From: Cyanidioschyzon merolae
Taxonomy: Eukaryota
Length of the DNA: 64,000 nt
Assembly: GCA_000091205.1 (NCBI GenBank)
Contig: AP006502.2
Direction: 5' to 3' (one strand)
The translations under genes and the position numbers were made by a program. How positions within the stretch are numbered: position 1 is the first letter of the stretch; each line of letters opens with the position of its first letter. The notes beneath the pieces are model-generated. The model saw only the letters and a program-made list of their open reading frames with translations. It was not told the origin of the DNA and made no database searches. This document shows positions 33,556-45,664 of the stretch, piece after piece.

Positions 33556-35805
33556 TCCATTTCTGCGCCAGAACAATTTTTCACTTGCACGCGAGACCAC
33601 CCAGAGCCGGAACTTGGGGCAAAGAGCGCTATGGCGTCTTCTGAAAGCTTCTCGGGCAAGGAATATACAATTGCTTCGAATGACCACACAACTGACCCGG
33701 TTCGGCGTGTGCTCCACTTTCATAGCGAAGCGAGTAAGGGCCTCAAGAACCGGGAAGAGGGCTCGTCAACCAAGCCGTCTCCGGCAAAGACGTTGCAGTT
33801 GTCTGAGAGCTGCGAACAAGACGCCCTTGCTTGCGCCTCAGAGGTGCGTATCCGAACGGTTCGCTCGTCACCAGAGTCTGGGTCACCAGGTGTCGCCGCT
33901 TCGACGGTGCTCGCACGTGACCCCGCTGTCGTGCTGGGTGCCGGCCCAGCGGGCTGCCTCATCGCACTCGAACTCAGTCGTCTTGGTATTCCCGTAGAAG
34001 TTTTTGAATATCGCTCCGCGCATTATTTTAGACCCTATATAGAGTACGCTGGAGGTGGCGGTGATCGGGCTCCTTACCAGCGATATCGCGGACGATCGAT
34101 CAATCTGGCACTTTCGGCGCGAGGTTTGCGTGCACTGGAAACCGTCGGACTCGCACAGCGCATCCAGCAAATAGGTGTGCCTATGCGGGGGCGCATGATC
34201 CACGATACAGCAGGACGCGTACACTTTCAGGCCTACGGTGGTCGTCCCGAGGAGTACTTGCTCTCGGTATCGCGCACCACGCTGAATCAGATGCTCGTGG
34301 AGACCTGTCTGCTCGATGAGCGCGGCCTGATTACGATGCATTTTGGAAAGAAATGTACCGACATTGATCTCGACCAGTGCGTCTTGACATTCGAGGATGG
34401 ATGGATGTCACCGAGGCACCACGGTTGGCCAGAATCAAATACTGAGGACACGGTTGATTCGCCACCGAGTAGCCGCAGCCTCGAGCGAGAACGAAGAGCG
34501 CGAAAGCGCGCAGCACCCGCGCGCGGCTTCCTGGGCACCAAAGAGAGAACGCCGCGTACGCCGCAGCACGACGCTACGCACAGAGAGCCTGGTGCCGAGG
34601 CCGTCCCCGGGTCGCTGATGTCGTCAACCGGACGCTCGACGTCAGCCGGAGCGGTCTCGACGCGTCATGTCACTGCAAGTTTTATCATAGGTGCGGATGG
34701 TGCACATTCGCGGGTGCGCCAAGCCATGCAACGACTTGTGCCTTTCAATTACGAGCAGGAGTACATCCCAACGGCGTACAAGGAGCTCTCGATTCCGTCA
34801 CGCATACAGCGAGATGACACCGGGGGCTCTTCGGGCGGTTACTTGTTGGCACCGCACGCGTTGCATATCTGGCCTCGACATCGCTTTATGTTGATTGCAC
34901 TGCCAAACCGAGACGGCTCCTTCACTGCTACGTTATTTATGAACAGAGATGCGGATCCAGGAGCGCCAGACGTGCCTTCGTTTGCAACCGTTCGAACGCC
35001 TTCGCAAATCCAGCAATTTTTCGAGTCCTATTTTCCGGATATTTACGCGCTTGTGCCATCGCTGGTCGCAGATTACCAGAGTAACCCGGTTGCTCCGCTC
35101 TTTACGATTCGCTGTGCACCATTTCATTACCGCGGCAGGGCGGTTCTCGTCGGAGATGCAGCACACGTGATGGTGCCGTTCTATGGTCAAGGTTGCAATG
35201 CCGCCATGGAGGATTGCCGGATTCTGGCAAATTTCTTCCGTGAAGAGATACGCCTCGCTGCGCTTCGAGCACCAAACAGACGCGTGCGGGGATGCGTGCG
35301 GCTCCCTGCCTCGGACTTGACGGTTGACTTCGAGGATGGCATTGCAGAGGACGACTTGACAGATGCGAAAGGCCTGCAGCGTGCTCTAGCCGATGATGGA
35401 TATCTGGGCGGTGTCGTAGATTCGGAATCCGAGGGCGCGGCACTTTTGGACCTGGAGCGGGTGTTCTCTGCCTATAGCGCTGAACGGAAACCGAATGCTG
35501 ACGCGATCACCAACTTGGCGCTCGAAAATTACTGGGAAATGGCCAGTAAGACCTCGTCGCGTCTTTTCCGCTGGAAACGTGAGATCCAAAACCAACTTCA
35601 CGCGCTCATGCCTTGTTATTTCATGAGCCTTTATCACATGATCTCATTCAGCAACATTCCCTATGCAGAAAGCGTTCGCAGAGCTCAGAAGCAGGATCGT
35701 GTCATGAACGCGCTCTTCCGCTCATTAGGCTTGGGCTGTGTCAGCTTTGCTGGATTCATGCTGTGGCGCGCTTGTCACTTGCTACGCAAAGCACAGAGAA
35801 ATTGA
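33529..35805 (+). CDS. KMO: Kynurenine 3-monooxygenase (FAD-dependent) with low-complexity insertions and a C-terminal TM segment.
   Basis: The FAD GxGxxG motif is VVLGAGPAGCLIALEL. Other motifs are FIIGADGAHSRVR and the diagnostic KMO motif VLVGDAAHVMVPFYGQGCNAAMEDC. A C-terminal hydrophobic anchor is present. The more likely start is the ATG at 33631 (MASSESF). Confidence 0.8.
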   Translation: MECFGIGTKSISAPEQFFTCTRDHPEPELGAKSAMASSESFSGKEYTIASNDHTTDPVRRVLHFHSEASKGLKNREEGSSTKPSPAKTLQLSESCEQDALACASEVRIRTVRSSPESGSPGVAASTVLARDPAVVLGAGPAGCLIALELSRLGIPVEVFEYRSAHYFRPYIEYAGGGGDRAPYQRYRGRSINLALSARGLRALETVGLAQRIQQIGVPMRGRMIHDTAGRVHFQAYGGRPEEYLLSVSRTTLNQMLVETCLLDERGLITMHFGKKCTDIDLDQCVLTFEDGWMSPRHHGWPESNTEDTVDSPPSSRSLERERRARKRAAPARGFLGTKERTPRTPQHDATHREPGAEAVPGSLMSSTGRSTSAGAVSTRHVTASFIIGADGAHSRVRQAMQRLVPFNYEQEYIPTAYKELSIPSRIQRDDTGGSSGGYLLAPHALHIWPRHRFMLIALPNRDGSFTATLFMNRDADPGAPDVPSFATVRTPSQIQQFFESYFPDIYALVPSLVADYQSNPVAPLFTIRCAPFHYRGRAVLVGDAAHVMVPFYGQGCNAAMEDCRILANFFREEIRLAALRAPNRRVRGCVRLPASDLTVDFEDGIAEDDLTDAKGLQRALADDGYLGGVVDSESEGAALLDLERVFSAYSAERKPNADAITNLALENYWEMASKTSSRLFRWKREIQNQLHALMPCYFMSLYHMISFSNIPYAESVRRAQKQDRVMNALFRSLGLGCVSFAGFMLWRACHLLRKAQRN

Positions 35806-36793
35806 GGATTCACGGAAAGCATCCGCGATGAATCGATCTGCTCCGAGCTGCACGACAGGCGTGCGTTGCGTGCGCACTGAGAACGCCACCAAGTGGGACG
35901 GCATGCGTCGTGTGCGGTGCGGTGCGGTGGAGTGACTGCCGGGAGCATCTAACGCTGACGCTTGCCCGCGTTACGCGGAGTTGTCTGGTCACGGCACGGC
36001 GGACGCAATCGACGCTGCACGCAAAAGGTCGCTGGATGCCTTCAGTCCCTATTTGTCTTTTATGGAATACTGCTAGGAAGCTTGTGGAGCATCCAACCGT
36101 CGGTGAAGGAGCGGTGCTCACATGCCTGGTAGCGGGCAACGCTTGCAATTTCCGGCACCATCTAATCAGAGACTCCGATGGTATCCAGTAAAGGAATCGA
36201 TGCGGAAGGCGCCGGGTTCTCGTTATCGCCTCCGCTGTGCCTGCTTGGCAAAGATCCCGCACGGGTGCAGAGCCGGCCTCCAGTCAACGCGTGATCATGC
36301 CCTGATGTAACATACGCTGAAACTTTACGAGCCAGAAGCTTCGTGAAAGACCTGCAATATAAAATAGGGCATTTCCCAGGAACGCAGACGCTGGATATGT
36401 CACGTCTTTGAAACATGGACGCCGGGCCTACATATGCGAGGGATTGATCGCGTTCTCGAGCGTCCTGCGCGCCTTGCGCACGTGCACAGAGACACCAAAA
36501 ACCATAGCACTGATCGGTTTACCGTTCACAAGCAGGAGCAGCGGCACCCGGAGCACCAGCACCAGTACCAGCGATGTCGCTGGCCGTCGTTCGCATCACC
36601 TGCGGTGCTGCGCGCGGAATCACAAGCGCCCATGTGCGAGCACCGTGAATACCGCGTCTTCCAGACGTCGTGTTTCCTAGCGCAGATCAATACGCCCGTG
36701 CATGTACATAGGAGTCGGTGCGTCATCCACGCAATGCACAATCTCCCAGTCTGCAGTGAACGTACTTGCGACGCTCAAACCAGGCATGGCGCT

Positions 36794-37759
36794 TTATGAC
36801 AATCTCCGCGCGCTCGTATGCCTCCTCGTGCTGGTCACGGAACCTCTTGCGGTCGATGCCAGCATACCAGCTTTCGCAGCGGACGTCGTTTGATCCCCGG
36901 CATCTGCTGAAAAATGGGTGCTTTTCACGAACTGTTGCGCTTCACTCGTGGGTTCGGAAGATAGCGCAGCTTCTTTCTCGCGAGATCTGCTCTGTTTTGG
37001 AGTCCGATACGACTTGCGGAAAAAGTCCCAAAACAAATAGCAGAACGAAATACCAACCAACTGTCCGAAAATAAAGGCCCGCATGGATCCTGAGCACCCC
37101 TTAGGATGCCTAAAGTAAAAGTAGACGAAAGGATAGGTTGCGGTTAAATCAATGACGAACTGAACGATCTGCGCCATCGTTAGATGCTGCTTCCACCAGA
37201 CCCTATACCCGAGCGCCGACACCGCGTAGTAGTAGTACATGAAAACATGCACAAACGAGTTTGCCACTACTAGAATGAAATGAATCACCATCGAAGTCCG
37301 AAGGTACATCCAGAAAAGCGGCAGCACTACGCAATGGTGATAGACGTGCAGGAAGCTCAGAGGCCGTTTCCGCAAAACCATGATGATGGTATCGAGTAAC
37401 TCATAATACTTGCTGACGTAGAACACATACATCCAGAAAAGCAAGCGACCGCGCATCACGGTACCGCGGTGGTCGCAGGCTATTGCACGCAACCCGTCTG
37501 GCTCTCGTACGGCATGCAGCATGATTTCAATGAGCGTCCCGAAACCCATGGCCAACGAAAGAAGCGTGAGAAAAACGTTGTGCAGGACGACCGCGCTTCG
37601 CAGAGAGAACGGGCGGCGTGTCCGCATGACTCGCTCGAGCCCTGTGATCACCAGCAGGTAAATGGCGATACCGGCCAAAGGGTACACGGGGCGCGAAAGC
37701 GGCGCACCACGGAACCCGAAGTTTTCCGAGTATTCCAAGAGCGGTTGTAGGCGAGTCAT
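36794..37759 (-). CDS. ELO: ELO-family fatty-acid elongase (3-ketoacyl-CoA synthase).
   Basis: The HxxHH box is LSFLHVYHHCVV. MYYYY and multiple TM helices are present. The C-terminus is K/R-rich. Confidence 0.9.
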   Translation of the reverse strand: MTRLQPLLEYSENFGFRGAPLSRPVYPLAGIAIYLLVITGLERVMRTRRPFSLRSAVVLHNVFLTLLSLAMGFGTLIEIMLHAVREPDGLRAIACDHRGTVMRGRLLFWMYVFYVSKYYELLDTIIMVLRKRPLSFLHVYHHCVVLPLFWMYLRTSMVIHFILVVANSFVHVFMYYYYAVSALGYRVWWKQHLTMAQIVQFVIDLTATYPFVYFYFRHPKGCSGSMRAFIFGQLVGISFCYLFWDFFRKSYRTPKQSRSREKEAALSSEPTSEAQQFVKSTHFSADAGDQTTSAAKAGMLASTARGSVTSTRRHTSARRLS

Positions 37760-38674
37760 ACGTTCGAGCGTTTGTCGAATTCAGAAAAGCGCCGGCTGAA
37801 AAAATTGCGCAATACGCAGCGCCAGAGCAGAGACAATGCGAACAGTGCAGCGCTCCCCGCCGTGCGAGGCACGATGCAAACGCACGAACCGTGCGACTTC
37901 GAAGACGACGCAGCGAGACCGCAGTGGCCGAGAACTGCGCTCTGTACCAAGTTTCGCGTGTTCAAGAGTTACTTCGCTGTGAGCTACTTGGCAAACAACT
38001 CCGCAGGTAAACTTGGAGCAGTTCCCAGTCAGCGTATCGTTCCTGAGTTGCAACCCTCTTCTCAAGAAAAAAAAGATACCGCGCAAACTAGGACTATTTG
38101 GCTGGTAAGTTCCAGTGGAAGGAAGCTGCCTGTACGAAGAGAAGTTTTGTTTAGTGACGAAGCACAGGGTCCACACAATGCAGTCCCTGACTTGACGCCG
38201 TATTGTGCGCTGCGCTGCACCGAAGCAGTGCAACCGCCAACCCGAGCGTGCACCGAGCCCACAATGGACGCCTGTCTTGCGAGTGCGGTCTCAACACCGC
38301 AAAAGCGACTCGTTCGCGCTGCACCAGCACCTGCTTCTGGAACGGTCTACGGCGCGGTTCCGTGAGCGAACGCGTTGCACAAGCAGTCGAGAGCGCCGTC
38401 GTCACTTGCGCCGCACGAAGCGCCAGCACACGGATGCGTATATTTTTGCACGCATGCGTGCGTGCGCCGACGGCGGCGACGCGAATGCGCTGCCACAGCG
38501 CCCCAGGCACGACATCAGAGATTTGCGTTGCGCTCGTTGCGGAAGACGGTGCCAACGCTGCTGCCTTTGCCGCTACCTGCAACGCACCTGTACATGTATC
38601 GAAGACCGGAACGAGCCTTGCTGCAGAATCTGGAAATTGGGACGTAGTTCAGGTTCGAACGGTGTCTTTCTACG

Positions 38675-39463
38675 ATGACAAGTCAAGAGTCGGGCGTACG
38701 TCGCCTGGAGTGGACGCTTACCACCGCGGAATCCCTCCGGAAACTCACCGAAGAGAGCGCAACTGCTCCGGTCGTTATTGACTACATCTTATCGAAGCAA
38801 GAGGTGCTGACCACGAGGGATGTCATTGACGCGCTGTTTCTGGTCTATGATCTTCTTGTCTGGTCAGCGACAAGCTTCGCAATGCCCATATCCACAGTTG
38901 TGCGCATGCTATCGTTGCCCTTGCTTGTCGCACTGCAACGGTCCGCCATTGCAGCCTCTCTGCAGAGTGGTCCGAGCCCATGGCCCCAGTGGGAGCACGT
39001 CGCTGTCGGGGGCACCTTTGACCGGTTGCACGCAGGCCATCGACTGCTGCTGTCTGCTGCCCGATACCTGTGCCGCTCGCATCTCTACATCGGGGTCTCC
39101 GGCGAGGCACTCGTCGCCGACAAGGCGCAGAAACACAACCTGCAGGCATTCCCCGAGCGGTGTGCTGCTGTCCAAGGCTTTATGCTGCTTCTGGGGAGCG
39201 TGGTTTCTCACTTGAGCACGGTGAACATCCATCTCGTCGAGTTGGAGGACGCTGCTGGACCTGCTGCGACGGACCCGTCGCTTCAAGCGCTGGTGGTGTC
39301 CGAGGAAACCGCCGCTGCGGCAACTGCAATTAACCGACAACGGCAGGAAAGGGGCCTGTGCGAAGTGGTTTTAGTTCAGGTTCCCATTCTTTGGCAAACG
39401 CGCCCCGATGGAAAACGGGAGAAAGTGAGTTCGACCTGGCTTCGGCAGATGCTCAATGGCTGA
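38675..39463 (+). CDS. COAD: Phosphopantetheine adenylyltransferase (eukaryotic PPAT/CoaD type) with an N-terminal extension of ~110 aa.
   Basis: The nucleotidyltransferase motif is VAVGGTFDRLHAGHRLLL. Also present are ..LQALVVSEETAAAATAINRQRQERGL.. and ..SSTWLRQML, which closely parallel plant PPAT. Confidence 0.75.
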   Translation: MTSQESGVRRLEWTLTTAESLRKLTEESATAPVVIDYILSKQEVLTTRDVIDALFLVYDLLVWSATSFAMPISTVVRMLSLPLLVALQRSAIAASLQSGPSPWPQWEHVAVGGTFDRLHAGHRLLLSAARYLCRSHLYIGVSGEALVADKAQKHNLQAFPERCAAVQGFMLLLGSVVSHLSTVNIHLVELEDAAGPAATDPSLQALVVSEETAAAATAINRQRQERGLCEVVLVQVPILWQTRPDGKREKVSSTWLRQMLNG

Positions 39464-39660
39464 ATCAGACACAGCGCGTGGGCGGAAACGCTGCGCGTGC
39501 CGCACGTTTTGCGACAAAGTCGCCTTTGGACTCGCTTCGGTCCACTGACGCAACCAAAGCACCATGTCGGTTGCGCAGCTGACCCGAAACATGATCGTAG
39601 ACCGAGTTGAATAACTCGGTTGGTCACGGTCGGATCGGAGCGCGCAACAGCGGCTTCCGA

Positions 39661-42270
39661 TTAAGACGGAGGACTTCCCGTAGACACCTCTTCCTCGCCT
39701 TTCCTGAGCTCGATCTCTCTCTCGAGAACTTTCTCAGCGCGTTGGAAAAGAAGCTGCCAGAAACGAACCGACTGGCGTTCGAGAAGCTTGCCCATGATCA
39801 TTCGCGAGTCTTGAAACAGTTCTCGTACGACTAGTCGCAGCAGATTCGGATTCCTCCGTAGCGTATTCAAATCAAAGCGCTGCGATGTCGTCTCGAGCTC
39901 ACGGGGTAGTGGCGGCAGCAGCTGCTCGAGCAGCAGCTCCTGGATCGCCCTGAGTCGCGCTGAATTGGGTTCCCCGCTGCTCGGAACGATGCCAAACGTT
40001 GCACGCGAGAGCGTCTGCAGAAACGCCAACTGTAAGTCATCCACGATATCAACGAATTCATTCAAGAGGCCTTCGCGCAGAAAGAATCCCTCATTTGAGA
40101 GCAGGTATTCTAGGGCGAGGTTCCAGGCAGCGTCGGCGGACATGGGCTCGAACGGATCCACCGCAAAACCAGCAACGCCCCTGAAGCGCAACATATCCGA
40201 GCTTGACGCAGCGCTGCTTGCATCGGGGAATACGGAACCGTTTTCGCCGCTTGATGCCCCATCTCCTCCAAGAGCCAGACTGCTCTGACGGATCATCGTG
40301 AAGAGTCGATTCCAGCGAATCCGGCGAGTGGTGGTATCGAGCAGCACCTGCTGGACTGCTTCCCGCAGCGCCGGCGTCGGAGCGAAGAGTAACCGCCGCG
40401 CAACATATGGGTACGCAGCATCAACAATCCTGAAACCAGGGTCGTACTTGAGCGCAAGCCCCTCGAGCGCCGTCAATGAACGCATCACCAGCGCCAGGCT
40501 CGCCGGTATCCGAATGGGATACGCGAACGCGACCCGGCCCAGGTTCGAAGTCAACGTTGCAAAGTTCAGGTCCGTGAGGGTCGCGCGACGTCCACCTCGT
40601 TCTGCATCCGCATTGCTCGCTCGCTTGGATGCCTCGAAGGCTTCCTCCAGCGCTCGGCTGACGGGCAGCGGGTCCACATCGGGTGGAAGGAAATCCAACG
40701 CCACCAAATCACGACTCAGCTCGGCGTACTCCTTGTTAATGAGATGCGTGATCGCCATGATCAAGTGATATCGTCGGTCAGCATCAAGTTCCGCCATACA
40801 ACCAAAGTCCAGGTACACGAGTCTGCCTTCTGGTAGGGAACAGAGAAAATTTCCTGGGTGTGGATCTGCATGAAAAAACCCGTCATCCAATAGCTGTTGA
40901 AGTGAGCTCGCCACTCCGATTCGAATGAGACGCAGAGCATCCTGTTTTTCCCATTGTGACGGTTTGAGGCCGTTAATCCATTCCAGCGCCAACACATACG
41001 GCGTTGTGTAGCGCCAAAGGATGTGGGGCACGAGGATCTTGTCTCGAAGCGTCGCGTCGTTTGCTGCCAAGGACGGCGCTCGTGCGTACAACGATCGGAA
41101 GCGTTCCGCGTTCATAGCTTCGTGGACGTAATCCATCTCCTCGAAAAGTCGCTCCCCGAACTCATCCACGATTGCTGGCAAATCGGAGCGCAGTCGGAAA
41201 AACTTTCTCGCCTTATCTGCAAGCCAGCGTAGGATCAACAGATCCAGCGGCACGTCTAAATGAAGGCGTGGTCGCTGCACTTTGACAGCAACCTCCATCC
41301 CGGAATCTGAAAGCTGCGCCCGATAGACCTGCCCGAGCGACGCTGATGCAACCGGCTCAGGCATGCGACTCGCATCGAATGCACCGTTGCCAAATAACTG
41401 GTGCATGGCCTCAGCGCCAAGTTCGGCCCTGAGCAAGGCCCACGCCTCTTCTTTGGGAAACGGACCTACGTCGTCCTGCAATTTCTGGAGCTCAACCATA
41501 AAAGTCGGACCAACAATATCCGGCCGACTGCTGAGCGTCTGCCCCAGTTTGATTGCAGTGGCGCCAAAGTCGACGGCGAGCGCTCGTAGCTCGGCGGCAG
41601 AGCTTGCATCCATGCGGATGCCTTTCTCGTTCGCCAGCGCCTGGCGAAGCTCCGGGTCCCGTAGCCGCCAGCGATACCGTACAAACCAGAGCAACAGCGG
41701 GAACGCGACAGCCGCGGCCCGAGCGATGACCAAGTCGAATCGCCAACGATAGAAGCGAGCAAACGCCTGCAGATCGTAGTGAAGGAACTCGGCGCGACCT
41801 CGACGAGTGATCCAAGAGCGCAGGCGTCGCCAGTCCTGGCGTACCAGCGCCCATCCGCGAAGCCCCGCCTCGACCTCCTCGGTGTACCGATATCGGCGCT
41901 GGATTTGCTGAACATCCATGGGTATCGCATTCGAGGTTCCGGGTGCCGAATGCGCAGAAACGATGACGCTCTCCGTCTCCGACAGACTCGCTTTGGTGAC
42001 GCGCCAAAACTGGTCAAGGTGAGCGTGCTTGCGGCGCTGTCGCCATAGGCCTCGCCGTCCCGTACAATCCCAACGGCCACAAAAGTAAACTTCTCGAGCG
42101 AAAGGCTGCGCACGCCAAAATACCGGTTGAGAGAGCATGAACGCCGTTAGAGGCACCTGGGGATGCACGGGCTGCGCTTGCAAAGTAGCGCGTGCTCCAG
42201 CTCTCACCCGGTTCACGGGTTCTGGGTTGCAACACCCCTTGTCACGACCTGAGAACTGCATACCATGCAA
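39661..42270 (-). CDS. ABC1/UbiB-family atypical protein kinase (ADCK / plastid ABC1K-like).
   Basis: ABC1 motifs are present: ..FGATAIKLGQTLSSRPDIVGP.., ..PVASASLGQVYRAQL..GMEVAVKVQRP.., ..FFHADPHPGNFL.., ..LVYLDFGCM... The N-terminal start is uncertain. Confidence 0.85.
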   Translation of the reverse strand: MHGMQFSGRDKGCCNPEPVNRVRAGARATLQAQPVHPQVPLTAFMLSQPVFWRAQPFAREVYFCGRWDCTGRRGLWRQRRKHAHLDQFWRVTKASLSETESVIVSAHSAPGTSNAIPMDVQQIQRRYRYTEEVEAGLRGWALVRQDWRRLRSWITRRGRAEFLHYDLQAFARFYRWRFDLVIARAAAVAFPLLLWFVRYRWRLRDPELRQALANEKGIRMDASSAAELRALAVDFGATAIKLGQTLSSRPDIVGPTFMVELQKLQDDVGPFPKEEAWALLRAELGAEAMHQLFGNGAFDASRMPEPVASASLGQVYRAQLSDSGMEVAVKVQRPRLHLDVPLDLLILRWLADKARKFFRLRSDLPAIVDEFGERLFEEMDYVHEAMNAERFRSLYARAPSLAANDATLRDKILVPHILWRYTTPYVLALEWINGLKPSQWEKQDALRLIRIGVASSLQQLLDDGFFHADPHPGNFLCSLPEGRLVYLDFGCMAELDADRRYHLIMAITHLINKEYAELSRDLVALDFLPPDVDPLPVSRALEEAFEASKRASNADAERGGRRATLTDLNFATLTSNLGRVAFAYPIRIPASLALVMRSLTALEGLALKYDPGFRIVDAAYPYVARRLLFAPTPALREAVQQVLLDTTTRRIRWNRLFTMIRQSSLALGGDGASSGENGSVFPDASSAASSSDMLRFRGVAGFAVDPFEPMSADAAWNLALEYLLSNEGFFLREGLLNEFVDIVDDLQLAFLQTLSRATFGIVPSSGEPNSARLRAIQELLLEQLLPPLPRELETTSQRFDLNTLRRNPNLLRLVVRELFQDSRMIMGKLLERQSVRFWQLLFQRAEKVLEREIELRKGEEEVSTGSPPS

Positions 42271-42550
42271 TGCCCAGGTATCTTGCCTCGACTGTCAAAC
42301 AAACGCGTGACTGCCCACGTGGTGATTCGTCAAAAGCCGCACGCAGTTATCCAGTCGGGACGTTCACAGCCAAGAACGTTTTCGTAACGGTGATGAAGCA
42401 GGCGCGAATCCGTGACGCCACCGCGCACAAGTCGTCGCAGCAGCTGTGCATCGATCGGTGAACGCTGCGCTGCGGCCGCTGCTGTCGAGTAGGCGCTGCT
42501 GGGGGGCTGCAGTGATGTCCGATGAACATGGAAAAATGAATTTTGCGTTC

Positions 42551-43328
42551 TGTCCCTGTCATGCGAATGTTATTTCCGAGGTATTCTAGGTGTACAGCAT
42601 CGACATTGTCTGTGTACCAAGTGGAGCACACGGATTCGTGTGTAGGTCCAGGATTCGCGGTGGTCTTTTTCTCGGAATACGCCTTCGACGCTTTGCCGTC
42701 GGCGTTCGCGACGTCATCGGAATCGAGATGATTCGCGACGCTCTCCGAGAACACTTCAAGAAAGTAACCCGGATCATTATGCAGGGCATGCGTACGGGCC
42801 CCGGCGATTCTCCGTTGCGTACATGGAGCATGCCCAAACCGCGCATGCTCCAAGATACCGATCTCTGTTTCAGGACAGCTTGTGGGCGCAGCAGTGCTTG
42901 CCGCAGGACTGACGCGGAATAAATCGGGGTATCGTCCCGTGACGCCTTTTTCGCAAGCACATACCAAGCGTTCACTGAAAATCACTTGTGAACTGTTCGT
43001 AGACTCCGTTCGAAGCACACATCCTCGATTCCGTGTGGGCATCCACGACGCGCCATTTGACACCAGCGTGATGCCTCGTGCCTTGAACAGTACTCACCCT
43101 GACAACGGGCGAAATCGGGACTGGAAAGCCACCATCACCATCCTTTGACTGCCGAGCACGAAGCCGGCGAGAAAAGAAAAACCGGCGTGCTACGAGCTGG
43201 AGATAGTCGGGCGGAAACGGCATCGGTGTCGGAAGAGCGCGCAACGGCTTGTGTTGATGCGCATTGGCAGAGACTCGAACGCAAGCGCATACGCCTATGT
43301 TGCTACGCCTGTTCCATTTTATACTGAC
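42551..43328 (+). repeat. 778-bp dispersed repeat, copy A. It is ~99% identical to 53384..54161 and in direct orientation.
   Basis: Base-by-base comparison shows only about seven mismatches. The termini are 5'-TGTC...GAC(A/G)-3'. It contains the 5' ~170 codons of a minus-strand ORF (42347..43063) and about 265 bp upstream of it. Confidence 0.9.
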
Positions 43329-45664
43329 GTGAATGTAACGACAATCGGGAATGCTTTGTATCGAATGGATGATCTTCTCATGAAATAGGACAGATGAAGA
43401 TTCAGTTCGCGTCTCGCGATGGACGTCCTGCGAGCGGAGACGCTCGAAGCCCAGGGCGCTCTGCTGAGTCACCGCGTTTGCCTGGCAGCAGCCTGTGCAC
43501 TTGGCAGCGCGTCGCAATGCTAGCACGCAGCGTCCTCGAGCAGTCGTCTACAGCGACATGGCAGCGCCTTTTGCGTCTATATAGTCGCTGCGACGGCGAA
43601 TGGCACGCAACAGCAAGCATCTTCGACAGCCTTGGGACTCGAAGTGTCACTGGATTCTTTAAGCTCGCATGCGCTAGCGGACCACGGGACTGGAGCTGAC
43701 GCAACATCGCGCTCTCTGTGGATGAGACAAGGCCCAAGCTCCGATGACCGTCGGCGTTCGCGTGCCTCCCTGACTTGGGTGTGGTGCTTCTATCCAGTAT
43801 CATAGACCATGTACACCGAGAATACAGGTGAGTCCATCGAGTCTCGCCTCCATTGGGGAATGCAGCACCAGGATCCAGGGAATGTAGAAGCCTCCATAGA
43901 CAGCAGGGGTGCTTTCCCTGGTTAAAGACAGCGCTCGTCCATCCGGAAAACAGATGCGGTTGGACGCATCGAACCTTTACCAGGAAAGCAACCGCATGTA
44001 ACCCAGCCAGAGCGACGGCAACACAAGCGGAGATCTCCAAGCATACCGCACTATGTTCCATCCTCCGTAGGGTGGCACGCGAAGAAGAAACCTCTCGTGC
44101 ATGTGCGTTTCAAGGCTTTCTAATGGACGACGAGGCATCACCATTGGCATCATTGGATCAAGAAGAATCGTCCTCGCTTGATGGAAGGCTTTTGCAGGCG
44201 CCGCAGCCACGCGTTTTTCTGCGCACTTCCTGCCCGGCGCTCTTTCCGTATCTAGCCGCAGAACAAGAAGCGCGAACTGTGTGGAGACCGTTTCATGCAG
44301 TGTCTGCGGAACTGACGTCTTTTATACGCCTGCAGGACTTGTGCAGGCACGTTTTCTGGTATCATCTTCGACGAACGCCAGCGTCTGCACTAGAAGTCGT
44401 CTCTGGTTGTACCAGGGGCTGCTACCCCGTTTCGTGGTGTTTCCGCTCGGAATAGGTCTTTGTGCGGGATTCGAGCGCAGCACCGATTGCAGGCCTATCG
44501 CGCTACTGGTGTCATGTTTTGCGATTGTTTATCCCGAGAGCCCAGCCCATGTTTGCAAGCGGTCCAGAACATGGACTATGTTCGCTGCTATACCCCCGGT
44601 TCAAAGCTACATTCGTGACGGAATGCGGTCCCAGCGTGTCGACGAGGAGCTCCCCAGCACGACGCCCGAAGATCGCTGTGAATCGTGCCGTACAGGAGCT
44701 TCTGCGGATACACTCAGAATCGGATGCACCGCGATACCTGTTCGGGAGCTGCTTTCACATGGAAACGGATGTGCGGAGGAGGCGCAGAACGCTGTCCAGT
44801 GTCAACCTGATAGACATCGCTCCGCACTGAAATCGTCCGCAATAACTGACCGTCCCCCGAACGAGGTTACACCAGTTGAGGATGACGAGGAGGATTCGAA
44901 CGAGGCTGACGCTGTGGTCATCGGAGCGACACTCAAGCATTGCGCCAACATGCGCAGAGACGAACAAAGTTGGGCTGTTTGCTTCTCCAAAAAACCTGCG
45001 AAAGCAGCAGAGGAGCGACCAGTCGCCGATAAGAACAGGTTCAAGTATGCTCCTTTCGCGGGGACGCTGATTCCTCCATTATAGGCCCTGGGAAACGAAT
45101 TCCGATGACGATCGTTTGATGCTGCAGAGGCCACGACTCTGCAAGTCTCGCTTCAGGATACGCGTGCGCGCTTTCCAGAAACTTGCCACATTTGCATCGC
45201 TATTCCTCGTTGCTTCGGCTGGAATCGGGTTGCACATTCACGCGCACGCTGTCTATTCCAAGCGTGACCCACGAACGTGGGGTTTTCCCAATCCAGCACC
45301 AGAGGCTGCTAGTGCTACAATAGCCTCTGTCCTCGGAAATGCGCCAAGTTCTATGCTTCGATCGTACTTGTGCCATTGCCTTTTGGCTATAACGCTGCAT
45401 GAAAAGACCTCCGTCGCTTGGTACGGCGTCAGCGCACCAAACGCGCTGCCGCCTCATCTCGGGCGTTTTCTTCAACGCCCTACAACTGCGATACTACACG
45501 GAGTCTCGCATGCCGTGCGGCACTGCTGACTGGCATGGTACTCCCTGTACGAATTTGCGCCACGTTCACTGTATCGTCCGTGCTCCATGGCTCGCTTTTA
45601 ATCGCACCCGAAGCGAGTCACTTTGGATTAGCTCGTTGAGATAGGCAGATTCGCTTCGCAGAGA

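Noticed and set aside
41466-42113. Minus-strand 215-aa and 171-aa ORFs overlapping the ABC1 kinase in alternative frames.
   Set aside because: They are off-frame overlaps of a conserved gene and are R/S-rich.
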